From a virus (lineage: Duplodnaviria > Caudoviricetes): a stretch of DNA of 64,000 nt. Made by a program: the position numbers and the translations under genes. Under the pieces are notes generated by a model. The model worked only from the letters and a program-made list of their open reading frames with translations. It made no database searches and was not told the origin of the DNA. The stretch lies in IMG/VR virus record IMGVR_UViG_3300021400_001148, positions 64,001 through 128,000 of that record, one strand, 5' to 3'. Below are positions 8,804-19,537 of this stretch, in pieces. Position 1 is the first letter of the stretch, and each line of letters opens with the position of its first letter.

Positions 8804-9709
8804 ATGGAAAAGAAAACTCAGACTTACACTAAAATCAACACCTTGTACCGTCGCTATGTAAACCTTAAGAACTACGATTTGCCGAACAAGGCGTGGATGG
8901 TATTCCAAAATAAGATAATCCTTGGCAGTTACTCTGATGATTATATGGGGTATATTAAGGATTTGAAATTCGACTGCTTCAGTAAAGTGGACGGCACGAA
9001 CAGTAAAATCGTTTACTTCCCCTCTACAGGCGAGTGTTTCTGTGGTGGTAAGACTGATAATGCTGATATTGTCGGTACTGGCCAGAAGGCATTCCTTGAT
9101 GAGATTATTGAAAGGATTAAGCCTATTCTTGCGGAGATTTTCCCTAAGGAGAGTGCTAAGTTCGCTCCTATGATGAATGATAAGAATCAGATAAAATATC
9201 TCAACAAGGATTTTTACGGAGAGGAAGTCGTTCCAGAAAAGAATGACATTTATGCTGTAATGGTTGAAGAAGTCCCTGTTTACATTTATGGTGAGTTCTT
9301 TGGTAAGAAGATTCAGGCCGGCGGAAACTATGATAAGGAGAAGAATCGTTTCTCTATCTTCGATATTTGTCAGCAGGGTTGGTGGGTTCCCATCGATATG
9401 CTGAATGATTATGCACAAAAGCTCGGGCTTGATGTTGTTCCATATATCGGACAGATGACCATTCCCGAGGCAGAAACCATGGTTAAAGTCGGATTTAAAA
9501 CAAGGGTTCCGAATGTCGCAAATCCAGACTACCTTGAGGAAGGCATAGTTGCCCGTCCGGTAGTTCCAATTAAAGACCCTCGCGGAAAACGGATTATTGT
9601 TAAAATTAAAACATGTGACTACCGAGAACTTCAAGATGCGATTTGTAAAGTGGGGATTGATGAGTATGAGAAGTTCAATGCGTGGTACAAAGAAAATGTT
9701 GAATCGTAA
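8804..9709 (+). CDS. RNA ligase (Rnl2-like adenylation domain)
   Basis: KVDGTN (motif I), YGEFFG (III), FDI (IIIa), EGIVAR (IV), KIK (V). Confidence 0.8.
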   Translation: MEKKTQTYTKINTLYRRYVNLKNYDLPNKAWMVFQNKIILGSYSDDYMGYIKDLKFDCFSKVDGTNSKIVYFPSTGECFCGGKTDNADIVGTGQKAFLDEIIERIKPILAEIFPKESAKFAPMMNDKNQIKYLNKDFYGEEVVPEKNDIYAVMVEEVPVYIYGEFFGKKIQAGGNYDKEKNRFSIFDICQQGWWVPIDMLNDYAQKLGLDVVPYIGQMTIPEAETMVKVGFKTRVPNVANPDYLEEGIVARPVVPIKDPRGKRIIVKIKTCDYRELQDAICKVGIDEYEKFNAWYKENVES

Positions 9710-10764
9710 TGGCTAGACTTACCAACATACCACTTATAGAAAAGATGATTTCAGAGGGATACATCACAGTGCAGAAGCATCCCTCTGAAGACATTTATAT
9801 TTACAAGTATTCCAAAGTTTGTGCGATTGCACATATGTGGAATGAAGCCACGTTGCAGTGCCGCGGAGTTATTACCGACAAGGACTACAATGTGCTTTCC
9901 CGCCCGTTTTCAAAATTCTTCAATTTAGAAGAGATAGAAGATGCTTCTATAATCCCGATGGGCGAGGCTACTGCATACGAGAAAATTGATGGTTCACTGG
10001 GTATCACCTATTGGATTGATGATGTTCCGTATCTTGCTACAATGGGTTCATTTACATCTGAGCAGGCAATTCACGGCACCAAGATTCTTCACAGTGAAAA
10101 ATACCGCAAACTGTGGGATTTCATGCGTACCAACCGTGGTTTCACTTTCCTATTTGAGATAGTGTACCCGGAAAACAGGGTAGTGGTGAATTATGGTGAG
10201 ACAGATGATATATTTCTTCTTGCAATCATCAACAATGCACACCCCGAAAATGAAATACCAATTGAACTCTATTCAAAGTATTTCCAGACACCGAAGTGCT
10301 ACGGCACATTTAAAAATTGGATTAATCTTCGTGAGGAGTTTGACGGCACTGGAAGGGAGGGGTTTGTGCTTAAATTTGAAAACGGATTCAGATTGAAGCT
10401 GAAATATAAGGATTATTTTCAAAATCATTTCCTGCGGACATATCTGACAAAGAAATCTATTTTTGATTTCTTTGAAGATGGCCGCCTCGACGAACTATAC
10501 AATCTCACTAATGATTTCGAGGAAGAAGACAAAATAATGGTGAAGTCCTACATTGAAGGATTTGAAAAAAGGCTCGAAGAGATTGAATCTGAGGCCAAGT
10601 CAGAGTATCGTGAATTTGAAACGGATAAGGAAGCGGCAGAGTATTTTAAAACTTGTAAGTGGCGGGCGATTCTTTTTGCAATGAGGAAGGGTAAACCGTA
10701 CAGGGAACTTATGATGAAGGTGCTTAGAGATGAAATTAAAAAGGAAACAAATGCGATTAGTTAA
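9709..10764 (+). CDS. RNA ligase, T4 Rnl1/RnlA-like
   Basis: CRG...RPFSKFFN, EKIDGSL, FEIVYPENRVVV.Y, EGFV and KLK motifs. Confidence 0.88.
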   Translation: MARLTNIPLIEKMISEGYITVQKHPSEDIYIYKYSKVCAIAHMWNEATLQCRGVITDKDYNVLSRPFSKFFNLEEIEDASIIPMGEATAYEKIDGSLGITYWIDDVPYLATMGSFTSEQAIHGTKILHSEKYRKLWDFMRTNRGFTFLFEIVYPENRVVVNYGETDDIFLLAIINNAHPENEIPIELYSKYFQTPKCYGTFKNWINLREEFDGTGREGFVLKFENGFRLKLKYKDYFQNHFLRTYLTKKSIFDFFEDGRLDELYNLTNDFEEEDKIMVKSYIEGFEKRLEEIESEAKSEYREFETDKEAAEYFKTCKWRAILFAMRKGKPYRELMMKVLRDEIKKETNAIS

Positions 10765-10801
10765 TTATACTGGAAAGTCATGTTTTCCTTCCGGAAGAAA
10801 T

Positions 10802-10844
10802 TGCGCCTGAAAAGTTGTGAACCTGAAAATTTTTCTTATATTTG
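10802..10844 (+). promoter_or_regulatory. bipartite promoter
   Basis: TGCGCC at 10802, TATATTTG at 10837. Confidence 0.75.
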
Positions 10845-10865
10845 CAATATAAAAACACAAGTGAC

Positions 10866-11291
10866 ATGTGCCAATACAACAACACAATTTCAGTAAGCAA
10901 TCAGCCGAGGAAAGTTTACAAGGTACTCCTCCGTCAATTTCGTGGGAACAAATTGCGATATGTTTCCCCCATTGCCAAAATGGAATATCCACTCAATACA
11001 GTGGTTGAAATTGGAACAACAAGGGAGCCTTGTAATCCCGTCCCCCATCAGATAACTAACGGCTTCATTCATGTTTTTCAAAACTTCATTGACGCAAAAG
11101 AATACATTGGGGAACTTAGAGATTGGGATTATTATTTTCACCTAGTTGGAAAGTTAATAATTGTTGAGTGTTCAATACCAAGCAACACACGGTGTTATGA
11201 TGGGATAACAAGCCTGTCATATGAACACCCCAAGCACCCCTCTGTTGCAACACGGGTTTTAGAAATTGGGAGCGTAATTTACGAAGGCTAA
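10866..11291 (+). CDS. family A, divergent copy 6
   Basis: MCQ..VYKV..SP..GFIH.F..IPS....G. Confidence 0.65.
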   Translation: MCQYNNTISVSNQPRKVYKVLLRQFRGNKLRYVSPIAKMEYPLNTVVEIGTTREPCNPVPHQITNGFIHVFQNFIDAKEYIGELRDWDYYFHLVGKLIIVECSIPSNTRCYDGITSLSYEHPKHPSVATRVLEIGSVIYEG

Positions 11292-11302
11292 AACAGAAAC
11301 TT

Positions 11303-12146
11303 ATGGAAAAAGAAGAACTACTGAGGCACGCACGAGCATTACATGAGTGTAGCCTAACCCCTGAAGATTTGAAAACCGCACTAGAGCAGAAATTCCCCGA
11401 ACTCAAGGAGAGTGAGGATGAGAGGATAAGGAAAGAATTATGGGAGTATTTCCATAATTTACAGTTAAGTAGTGATTGTGATTTTTCTCCATCGTTGACT
11501 ATTGATGATATTCTTGCCTACCTCGAAAGGCAGAAAGAGCGGAAGCCAGCAGAAAGTATATCGCAACTGACTGTTCAAGGCAAAGGTGTTTATAAAATCT
11601 GTCCTCGTTGTAAAGAGCGTATGGTGAGGGACGATAGTAAGGTTTATACCTCTATGCCACCACAATATGGCTATGAATGCCCTAAGTGTGGAGAGATGGA
11701 ATTTGATACGGTTATGTACGATAGTCCTGAAATGGAAGAGCAGAAGTCCACTGAGTGGAGTGAGGAGGATGAGAAGATGCTCATTGGAGTAATTGATACT
11801 ATCAAAGATGCCATTGCTGAATGTGATTGTGATGATGTTGGTGCCAGAGCAATGCTTATCTACGAAAAAGAATTGAACTGGCTTGAAAACCGTTTCAAAT
11901 CCCTCCACCCCCAGCCCGGCACTGTGCCCGTAGAAACTGCCACCAAATTTGGTGACATTGAGTATAAACGTGGAGTAAAAGACGGAATACAGAGCGAAAA
12001 AAAGCCATCATTGGAAGCCGAGCGAGGAGCAGATGGATGCACTGAGAAGGGTGGCCTATAGGATGGGCAATTCCTGTTTCGGAAAAACCTGGGCAAATGA
12101 TGAAAATCTACACAGCCTATATGTTGCACTTGAAAAAATGATATGA
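11303..12146 (+). pseudogene. family F modular protein with Zn ribbon; +1 frameshift in the A7 run at 11997-12003
   Basis: ESEDERIRK, CPRC/CPKC and WSEEDE motifs. Removing one A restores HHWKPSEEQMDAL...LEKMI*, matching the paralog C-termini. Confidence 0.7.
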
Positions 12147-12149
12147 GAT

Positions 12150-12671
12150 ATGGAATACATTGATGCAGATAAGTTGAAAGCCGAGATAGAACGGCTTGAT
12201 GAGGAATATAGGACGCTTCGTGTAAACGGAACCATAGAACAAGCAAAGGCGGCCGATTTAGTTGTACATGTGATTCACGGCCTTTCTAATTTCATTCGCT
12301 GTTTCCAGCAGGAGCAGCCGGATTTCAATGATGTTGACCCGAAGCGCCTTGTCCACTCGCATTACACTAAAGTGCGTGAAACAAAGACAGGAAGAGTGTT
12401 TTGGGCCGAGTATTCCATCGAGGCGGCCGAATGGTATGAGGCTGGTACTGGAAAGGCTTACTCCATTTCCGATGTGGAGATTGTAAAGGAGCAACTGGAG
12501 ATGGATTTGGAGAAATTCACCGAAAAGATAAAGACTTTCCAAGGAAGATATAAGCATCCCGAAATTGTATCAATAAAAGGTGCTATGGCATTTATGGCAA
12601 GGATGTTCTATCAGTATCCTAATGTAGCAAGACAGTGGTATGATAGTCTTCCAAAAGCAACAATGGATTAA
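12150..12671 (+). CDS. family B modular protein
   Basis: YIDADKL.AEIER..QQEQP..EMDLEK. Confidence 0.7.
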   Translation: MEYIDADKLKAEIERLDEEYRTLRVNGTIEQAKAADLVVHVIHGLSNFIRCFQQEQPDFNDVDPKRLVHSHYTKVRETKTGRVFWAEYSIEAAEWYEAGTGKAYSISDVEIVKEQLEMDLEKFTEKIKTFQGRYKHPEIVSIKGAMAFMARMFYQYPNVARQWYDSLPKATMD

Positions 12672-12683
12672 CTCAAGAGTATT

Positions 12684-12914
12684 ATGGTAACAAAAAAGCA
12701 AATATTAAAGGCACAGGAAGCGGCTATTGATGCAGAAGTAAGCCTTAACGCGGCACTGGGACACCTTGCGGCTCTTGCCAGTGAGGTTCTCGGAAAAGAA
12801 GTTGTGGCTGATTTATGTGGAGGCGACGAAATAGAATTTCGTTCGGTTGACAACTCGGGAGTTGCCGATGCCTTTGATACAATATTGATTGAAGACATTT
12901 TAAGGCTGCTTTAA
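12684..12914 (+). CDS. hypothetical protein
   Basis: 76-aa ORF in an operon-like run. Confidence 0.6.
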   Translation: MVTKKQILKAQEAAIDAEVSLNAALGHLAALASEVLGKEVVADLCGGDEIEFRSVDNSGVADAFDTILIEDILRLL

Positions 12915-12917
12915 ATT

Positions 12918-13253
12918 ATGGCAAAAACATTTTCGGAACTGAAAATAGGAGACCAGTTGTGGATATGGTGGCTTGACACCCTCCTACAAACAACTGTTAA
13001 GGACGTAAAGATTCCAGTCAAGTCTATTAATGGGGAATATCTTTATTTGCAAATTGAGACGGAGAAGGGGAGTTTTACCGCCTTTTCTGATGTCATGAAA
13101 TGTTCAGCCTTTGTCTACGGTACTGACGGATTGGAACACAAGATTATCGGAACATCCAAAGAAGCGGTACGCGACACGCTAAAGGAAAGCCTTGAATTCA
13201 AGAAAAAAGAGATAGAAATGAAAACAGAGTTGTGGCTCAAAAATTTTGATTAG
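12918..13253 (+). CDS. family I protein (paralog of 44351)
   Basis: FSELK.GD..W.WW...AFVYG.DG.E.KI.GTSKEAV. Confidence 0.7.
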   Translation: MAKTFSELKIGDQLWIWWLDTLLQTTVKDVKIPVKSINGEYLYLQIETEKGSFTAFSDVMKCSAFVYGTDGLEHKIIGTSKEAVRDTLKESLEFKKKEIEMKTELWLKNFD

Positions 13254-13255
13254 AA

Positions 13256-13765
13256 ATGTGTCTGTTTGTACATAATAACAATCCCATACCGTTAGTGGCT
13301 GAGAGGGATATCGAAGTTAAGAAAGTATTAGTCTCTGTGTTTAAAACCGTGGAGAACCACTGGCGCATAGGATGGAAACAGCAATACGAGACACCGTTTA
13401 CCAACACTCCTGTAGTTTTTGTTGACGGCAAAAGTGTGATGGAAGCCAAGTATCTGACCGGCGATGTGACTTATTTCGGTGATTCTAACCCCGTTAAGAA
13501 TGTGAATTTTTCGCTTCTCACTGAATCAGACAGAGAGAGAATACGCCCTGAGACGATTCAATGGGTGGATGTTTATCAAGGGATACATGCTTACATTGAC
13601 AGGGAGACTGTGCTCCGTGAGAGTTCATGGTTTTCGTCAACGGTGCGTGAGAACTACCAAATTTTTGATGCGGTAATACCGAAGGGTACCAAATATTTCC
13701 TTGGGACTGCGGGCGATGTTGTTTCTGAAAAACTAATTGTCTTCTACAACCGTGATTCTCTCTAA
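13256..13765 (+). CDS. family A, copy 7
   Basis: MCL..TPF..GIHAY..IPKG..GDVVS. Confidence 0.75.
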   Translation: MCLFVHNNNPIPLVAERDIEVKKVLVSVFKTVENHWRIGWKQQYETPFTNTPVVFVDGKSVMEAKYLTGDVTYFGDSNPVKNVNFSLLTESDRERIRPETIQWVDVYQGIHAYIDRETVLRESSWFSSTVRENYQIFDAVIPKGTKYFLGTAGDVVSEKLIVFYNRDSL

Positions 13766-13785
13766 AAATTTTGTATATTTGCAAT

Positions 13786-14505
13786 ATGAGAATAGATTTT
13801 ACACTAAAAGATTATTTAAAGCATCCTCGGAGGAAGGTTATAACCGGAGCCGGTGAACCGGTGAGGATAATCTGCGTGGATAAACCCGGGGAGTATCCTG
13901 TGGTGTTTTACGAAACTGAAGTATCTCACCCGATGCCGCTCGTTGCCAATGAGAAGGGGATGAACCCCTCCGATATGAAACAGTTATATTTCTTTGCTCC
14001 GGACCCGAAATTCAAGACCGGAGACTTCATTACCAGAGTCGGTTTTTCCGACAGGCGTGTTGTTGGTGTTGACAAATCGCAGATGATTTACGAGACAGTC
14101 AATGAACAGGACGTCACCAACCCCCTTCCTTTTGAAGAACAGGACAACTGGACTTTGGTGGAACTTACCGAATGGGAGAAATCTATTGTGCCGCTTCTTG
14201 GTAATAAATGCCCCCGCGTCTGCGATTTGAAGGCCACGGCTGTAAAACTCCTCAAGGCTCTGAATGCAAAACCGGACTATCCCCGTCCGGAGTCTGTGCA
14301 GGACGAACGGGACGAAGAAGAAGGCCTGTCAAAGAACTTGCTTGATTTACCAGAGTGGCATAAAGTGGGATACCTCGGGAGCGAGTTGAAGAATTTTTCC
14401 CTTGACGGAGAAGAACCCGACCTCTGGCTTTATCACGGCGGGTACAGAATCAGGGTCAAGGATTTGGTGGAAAAACTCCCCGGTAGAAACAAACTCGATA
14501 GATAG
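13786..14505 (+). CDS. family J protein (related to 21156)
   Basis: RIICVD..YPVV..DLPEW..L.EKLPG; preceded by TATATTTG at 13774. Confidence 0.65.
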   Translation: MRIDFTLKDYLKHPRRKVITGAGEPVRIICVDKPGEYPVVFYETEVSHPMPLVANEKGMNPSDMKQLYFFAPDPKFKTGDFITRVGFSDRRVVGVDKSQMIYETVNEQDVTNPLPFEEQDNWTLVELTEWEKSIVPLLGNKCPRVCDLKATAVKLLKALNAKPDYPRPESVQDERDEEEGLSKNLLDLPEWHKVGYLGSELKNFSLDGEEPDLWLYHGGYRIRVKDLVEKLPGRNKLDR

Positions 14506-14509
14506 AAAT

Positions 14510-14743
14510 ATGGTAACATTTTTTTTCGCAATTTTGGCGGTGTATATCATCACAGTGCCTATCCTTGGTGTATTGTACGGGGATAGGGACATTACCATCA
14601 GTTTCTGGTCGATACTCTCCCTGATTCTGCCGGTCGTCAACACTATTGTCCTTTTTTATATTTTAATCAAGAACCCCGGTAAAAGGAAACACTTAGGGAA
14701 AGGCTTGAGGACGTTCTTAAACGAACTGAATGGAGGGTGGTAG
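14510..14743 (+). CDS. small membrane protein
   Basis: Two hydrophobic helices. Confidence 0.55.
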   Translation: MVTFFFAILAVYIITVPILGVLYGDRDITISFWSILSLILPVVNTIVLFYILIKNPGKRKHLGKGLRTFLNELNGGW

Positions 14744-16864
14744 ATGGAAGTACTGGAAGGGAAGATACAGAACATTGTCTTTCGCAACGAGGAAGATGGC
14801 TTTACCATACTTAAAACGGACAATGACACTGTTGTAACCTGCAAAGGAATGATAAATCCTGTGCGGGGTGTGGCTTATACATTCTCAGGTGGATGGGGAA
14901 GGGATAAGTGGGGTACAAAATTCATCGCAGAAACTGCCGAGGAGAGTATACCCCAAAAACCAATTGATATCATCAATTACCTTTCATCAGGATTGGTGAA
15001 AAACATTGGCCCGGTTTATGCGAGGGCCATTGTGGAATATTTCGGGGCGGAAACATTCAAAGTTCTTGACAGTAAGTCAAAAGAACTGTTAAAAGTGAAA
15101 GGGATAGGCAAGGGCCGGGCGGAATCAATATGGAAATCGTGGGCCGAGCACAAGAACATCCGTGAACTCGTTTCATTTCTTCACGACTTGGAACTACCGG
15201 TCAGTTTCGCCGTCAAAGTGTACCGCCGTTATGGAAACTCAGCAATCGAAGACATAAAGGAGGACCCTTACAGACTTCTTGAGGAAATGGATGGCGTAGG
15301 CTTTGAGAAAGTTGACGCCCTCGCATTAAGGCTAGGTATAGAGCCAACAAATACCCGGAGGTGTGAGGCGGGTGTGATGTACATTCTTTCTGGGCGTGCA
15401 GAGGCCGGGGACACATACTGTGAAAAACAGCATCTTTTTCAATGGGTCTCGGAACTTCTGGGTGTGAGTCATGATGTTATTGCCCCGGTCATTTCAGAAA
15501 TGTGTGACAAACGTACATTGGTAGACGATGGTGAGGAAAGAATATTCAAGTCTTCCTTATGGTATGCCGAACAAAGGGTTGCAACAAAAATAAGGAAAAT
15601 ACTTGCCGAATGCACAATTGGGGTTTCCTGTAATATAGATACGATTCAGAAAGTAACCGGCTTGGAGTATGATGATGTTCAAAAAAATGGAATAAAAACC
15701 GTCCTCAATTCCGGCGTGTCAGTGGTGACTGGAGGACCGGGCACCGGAAAAACGACAATTCTCAAGGCTGTAATAGAGGCGTTGAAATCTGCCCATTATA
15801 AAATAGCCGCAGCAGCACCAACAGGAAAGGCCGCAAAGAGGATAAAAGAAGTCACTGGCGTTGAGGCCAGCACAATCCATCGGCTTCTCGGATATATTCC
15901 GGGGGAAGAAGATTATGAATACAACAACAGTAACTTTCTTCATTATGATGCCATCATATTGGATGAAGCCAGTATGATAAACATCCAACTTATGGATGTG
16001 CTTCTTGACGCCGTTTCTCCAACAACAAAACTTATTATCGTCGGGGATGTGGACCAGTTACCCCCAATTGGGCCCGGCAATGTTCTCTCAGACATCATTG
16101 CTTCCGGGGTGGTACCCACTGTTAAACTTACAAAAATCTACCGTCAGGCCGAGGGTTCGGACATCATAGTGAACGCTCACAGAATAAATTCCGGACAAAT
16201 GCCGGCTGTTCTCAATTCAAAACCCGGGACTGATTTCTTTTTTATTGAAAGTTCTCCAGCAACAACCCCGGAGATGATAGCGGATTTACTTGAAAAACGT
16301 CTTCCAGCGAAATATGATGTTCCTTCGGCTGACATACAAGTAATATGCCCCAAAAAAGCAGGTACCTGTGGAATAAATAACCTTAACAAGGTACTGCAGA
16401 GGAGACTTAATCCTACTGGGATACAGATAACTTTTGGTGACACCGTTTTCCGTATTGGTGACAGGATAATGCAGACAAAGAACAACTATGACAAGAATGT
16501 TTTCAATGGAGAAACTGGCATTATAACATCCATTGACCCAATGGAAAAAATCATAACCTCCGATTTTGACGGTCGCACAGTACAATATATGCCGGGAGAT
16601 TTCAATGAAATAGTTTTGTGCTACGCGATGACAATTCACAAGTCTCAAGGTTCGGAATTCCCTATTGTCATAATTCCAATTTTCATTGAAGCATATAACA
16701 TGTTGGAAAGGAATCTGTTGTACACGGCTGTAACCAGGGCGAAGAATATTTGTCTTATTGTTGGAATGAAAGAAATGATAAGAAAGGCTGTTGAAACGGT
16801 CACATCGGTAAGGAGAAACACTAATTTGAAAGAGAAACTTATGGGTGGTCGCCCCCACGAATAA
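14744..16864 (+). CDS. recD2: RecD2-like SF1B DNA helicase
   Basis: N-terminal OB/HhH region, GGPGTGKT, DEASM, GDVDQLP, IYRQ, TIHKSQGSE and LYTAVTRA; 706 aa. Confidence 0.95.
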   Translation: MEVLEGKIQNIVFRNEEDGFTILKTDNDTVVTCKGMINPVRGVAYTFSGGWGRDKWGTKFIAETAEESIPQKPIDIINYLSSGLVKNIGPVYARAIVEYFGAETFKVLDSKSKELLKVKGIGKGRAESIWKSWAEHKNIRELVSFLHDLELPVSFAVKVYRRYGNSAIEDIKEDPYRLLEEMDGVGFEKVDALALRLGIEPTNTRRCEAGVMYILSGRAEAGDTYCEKQHLFQWVSELLGVSHDVIAPVISEMCDKRTLVDDGEERIFKSSLWYAEQRVATKIRKILAECTIGVSCNIDTIQKVTGLEYDDVQKNGIKTVLNSGVSVVTGGPGTGKTTILKAVIEALKSAHYKIAAAAPTGKAAKRIKEVTGVEASTIHRLLGYIPGEEDYEYNNSNFLHYDAIILDEASMINIQLMDVLLDAVSPTTKLIIVGDVDQLPPIGPGNVLSDIIASGVVPTVKLTKIYRQAEGSDIIVNAHRINSGQMPAVLNSKPGTDFFFIESSPATTPEMIADLLEKRLPAKYDVPSADIQVICPKKAGTCGINNLNKVLQRRLNPTGIQITFGDTVFRIGDRIMQTKNNYDKNVFNGETGIITSIDPMEKIITSDFDGRTVQYMPGDFNEIVLCYAMTIHKSQGSEFPIVIIPIFIEAYNMLERNLLYTAVTRAKNICLIVGMKEMIRKAVETVTSVRRNTNLKEKLMGGRPHE

Positions 16865-16873
16865 ACCCATTAA

Positions 16874-16916
16874 TGCGCCTGAATTGGAAAACTCTCTTTC
16901 GAAATTTGTATATTTG
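16874..16916 (+). promoter_or_regulatory. bipartite promoter
   Basis: TGCGCC at 16874, TATATTTG at 16909. Confidence 0.75.
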
Positions 16917-16944
16917 CAATGCGGAATTCAAAAAAAAAAACAAT

Positions 16945-17652
16945 ATGACACGAAAAGACTTACAGGAAAGGTACAATATCATTGGCCACAATAAGGATGT
17001 GTCCCTTTACAGAAAGAGAGGTGAATATACATACGGTATCGGATATTGTGGAAACATTTCCCTGAAAAACGGTAAGGCAATATTCAACGGTGCTCAATAT
17101 ACACAAATTGAAAGCCTCGATGAAGCACTGCGCAAGTGGGAGAAGTCTTTGCCATATCCGGTTGACACATATAATCCCCTCATGCGTGAATCCGCAAGAA
17201 TCGAACAAAGGGTCACCTGGTATCTTACTGATAAAATGGGATTTAAACATCCAAGAGAAAATTGGAAAGATGAATACATAAAAAACATCGGGCCGAATTG
17301 TAGATTAAAATTTACACTTGAAAGGAGCCGGGATGATTTTGATGATATAAAAATCCAGATTGTTTCAGAATATGGTGGTGCCTTTTTCAGGTATGAGTTT
17401 GATAACGCCGAATCAGGAATAGCGGCGATTTCAACAATTATCAAAGAAAGTGTCTTGCAGATGGCGGCAGATATGGTTGACTGCCTGTCCGTTTGCCCGG
17501 ATGTGGAAGTTCCGAACATTGAGTCATATGTTAAAACGAACGAAAATATTTTCGGGTTTAAGGAGGTAAGTTTTAAAGATATGATGATTTCCCTGCTCGA
17601 GAAAGAGCTTGAAAAACTCAAAAACGAGAAACAACCAAAAACCAACGACTAA
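16945..17652 (+). CDS. hypothetical protein
   Basis: Start placed at the ATG after the promoter. Confidence 0.7.
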   Translation: MTRKDLQERYNIIGHNKDVSLYRKRGEYTYGIGYCGNISLKNGKAIFNGAQYTQIESLDEALRKWEKSLPYPVDTYNPLMRESARIEQRVTWYLTDKMGFKHPRENWKDEYIKNIGPNCRLKFTLERSRDDFDDIKIQIVSEYGGAFFRYEFDNAESGIAAISTIIKESVLQMAADMVDCLSVCPDVEVPNIESYVKTNENIFGFKEVSFKDMMISLLEKELEKLKNEKQPKTND

Positions 17653-17665
17653 ATTATTAACAACC

Positions 17666-18442
17666 ATGGATAAGACAATAGAAATTCCCGAGAATAAGAC
17701 AATAGAAATTCCCGAAGGCTATGAGGCCAGAATAGAGGGTAACAAGGTTATCCTCATGCAAATAGAGAGCGAGGATGAGAGGATAAGGAAGGAGTTGGTA
17801 TCTTTCATCCAGAAGGAAAAAGAGTATATGGAGTCTAAGGTAAAGCCGGAAAACAGCCCAAGACTTATGTTTCTTATAGATACTCTTGCCTACCTCGAAA
17901 GGCAGAAAGATAAAATGACTGCGGAAGAATATGAAAAATCGGAACCATTCCAACTGAAGTTAAAAACCCAATATGTTAACGGGTATCAGGATGGATTAAC
18001 ACAGAAGCAGAAGCCTGCAGATAATAGTGTGTACCCTCCGTCGCTTGAAGAAGCAATACAGCTTTACTATGGCACTTACGGAAATGGTAAAGGTGGATTT
18101 GACCACATCTCACTTCCTAAATTCCAAGATATTGTCAAGACCTTTGTGAAGGACTATGGCCAGAAGTTCACAGAGTGGAGCGATAAAGATAGGGAGTTCA
18201 TCAAGGATTTATGTAATCTTTTAGCAGCAATAGCAAAAAATAATTATGTGGGCTGTTATTATGCACCAGAACTGATAAATAAAATCCGCTCCCTTCGCCC
18301 TCAGCCTCACTGGAAGCCAAGTGAAGAGCAGATAGACCATTTGGCATACGCTTATACGCAACTAAAATTACAGAAGTGCTATGCACCTCATGTGTACGAA
18401 ACACTTGGTTCACTTTACGACGACCTTAAAAAACAACTTTAG
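17666..18442 (+). CDS. family F modular protein
   Basis: ESEDERIRK, EWSDKD, WKPSEEQ and LYDDLKK motifs; 24-bp duplication (KTIEIPE x2) at the 5' end. Confidence 0.7.
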   Translation: MDKTIEIPENKTIEIPEGYEARIEGNKVILMQIESEDERIRKELVSFIQKEKEYMESKVKPENSPRLMFLIDTLAYLERQKDKMTAEEYEKSEPFQLKLKTQYVNGYQDGLTQKQKPADNSVYPPSLEEAIQLYYGTYGNGKGGFDHISLPKFQDIVKTFVKDYGQKFTEWSDKDREFIKDLCNLLAAIAKNNYVGCYYAPELINKIRSLRPQPHWKPSEEQIDHLAYAYTQLKLQKCYAPHVYETLGSLYDDLKKQL

Positions 18443-18618
18443 TCTATGGATATTTTTTTTTAATTATGGTCAATACGGAAAGAGTAGATTTATGCTTGCC
18501 GTTCATGAAAAAATAATCGGTGGCGGTTCTCGTTGCATTTGGAAGACTACCTGCAAATGGCCGGAGGGCACACCTATGAAGGTTCTTGAAGACAAGTTAA
18601 GGGCAAAAGCAAATAAAC

Positions 18619-19128
18619 ATGGATATTTTGAAACAACATATTGGACACTACATTGACGCAGACAAACTGATTGCACTTATAGATGCAAAACTTGAAGATT
18701 TGGGATTGAGTGGTTCTGTTTGGGTTGGAAGAAGTGTTCTCCAAGATTTAAAAAATAATATAATTACTTCTCTCCAGCAGGAGATGCTGGAAACATCAAA
18801 TAATTTGGTAGATGTCGACGCAGTAAGGGATGATTTTATGACGGAAGTCTATCGTGTACTTGATGCTGACCCCACAAATGATAGAGCGAATGCAATAATT
18901 AACGCATTTGATTCTTTGCCGACAATCTCTCAGGAACAGCCGGAGGTGGATTTGGAGAAAATAGAAAAAGCATCATACAAAGTCTTTCCTGCCAAGAAAA
19001 AACTTGGCGTCGAAAAAATCAAATACCCCAATCGAGAAGATGAAAACTTTTCCAAACGAGAAATATGGAAAGATGGTGTTATATGGGCAATATACAGCCT
19101 GAACAGAAATGTAAGAAAGGAGGATTAA
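18619..19128 (+). CDS. family B modular protein
   Basis: YIDADKLIA..SLQQE..QEQPEVDLEK..NVRKED. Confidence 0.7.
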   Translation: MDILKQHIGHYIDADKLIALIDAKLEDLGLSGSVWVGRSVLQDLKNNIITSLQQEMLETSNNLVDVDAVRDDFMTEVYRVLDADPTNDRANAIINAFDSLPTISQEQPEVDLEKIEKASYKVFPAKKKLGVEKIKYPNREDENFSKREIWKDGVIWAIYSLNRNVRKED

Positions 19129-19322
19129 GGTATATGCAATGGAAAGAATTAAAATGGTATAAGGCAGATAAGGATTATTCTTTTTCCTTTGTTAGATGCC
19201 TTGTTATTGCTAAAAATGGAAATGTAGTAATAAGAAACAATGCTAAAAAAGGTGAGCACTATATTCCACTGCCAATCATAGAAGATTTACCAAAAGATTA
19301 ACGCAAGAAAGGAGGCAACCAA

Positions 19323-19535
19323 ATGAGTTGGTATTTGATTGTATTGTTGATTATATTCTACATAGTAATGTGGATTATTACAACTATTGCTTTTGCACGA
19401 TGGGCAAAAAGTTCTGATTCGGGATGGCTTATAATAGGAGCAATATGGCCTTTAACTTTTATATGTATTCCTTTAGTAGCAGTGATTCTGTTTGTTGACA
19501 AGATTGCCAATAAGTACGGTTATAAGGAGAAATAA
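19323..19535 (+). CDS. small membrane protein
   Basis: Two TM segments, IWPL motif; similar in type to 43551. Confidence 0.6.
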   Translation: MSWYLIVLLIIFYIVMWIITTIAFARWAKSSDSGWLIIGAIWPLTFICIPLVAVILFVDKIANKYGYKEK

Positions 19536-19537
19536 CT

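Noticed and set aside
8756-9634. 292-aa antisense ORF (also 16286-16870, 54332-55144, 52356-52973)
   Set aside because: Each lies opposite a gene with recognisable motifs and has none of its own.
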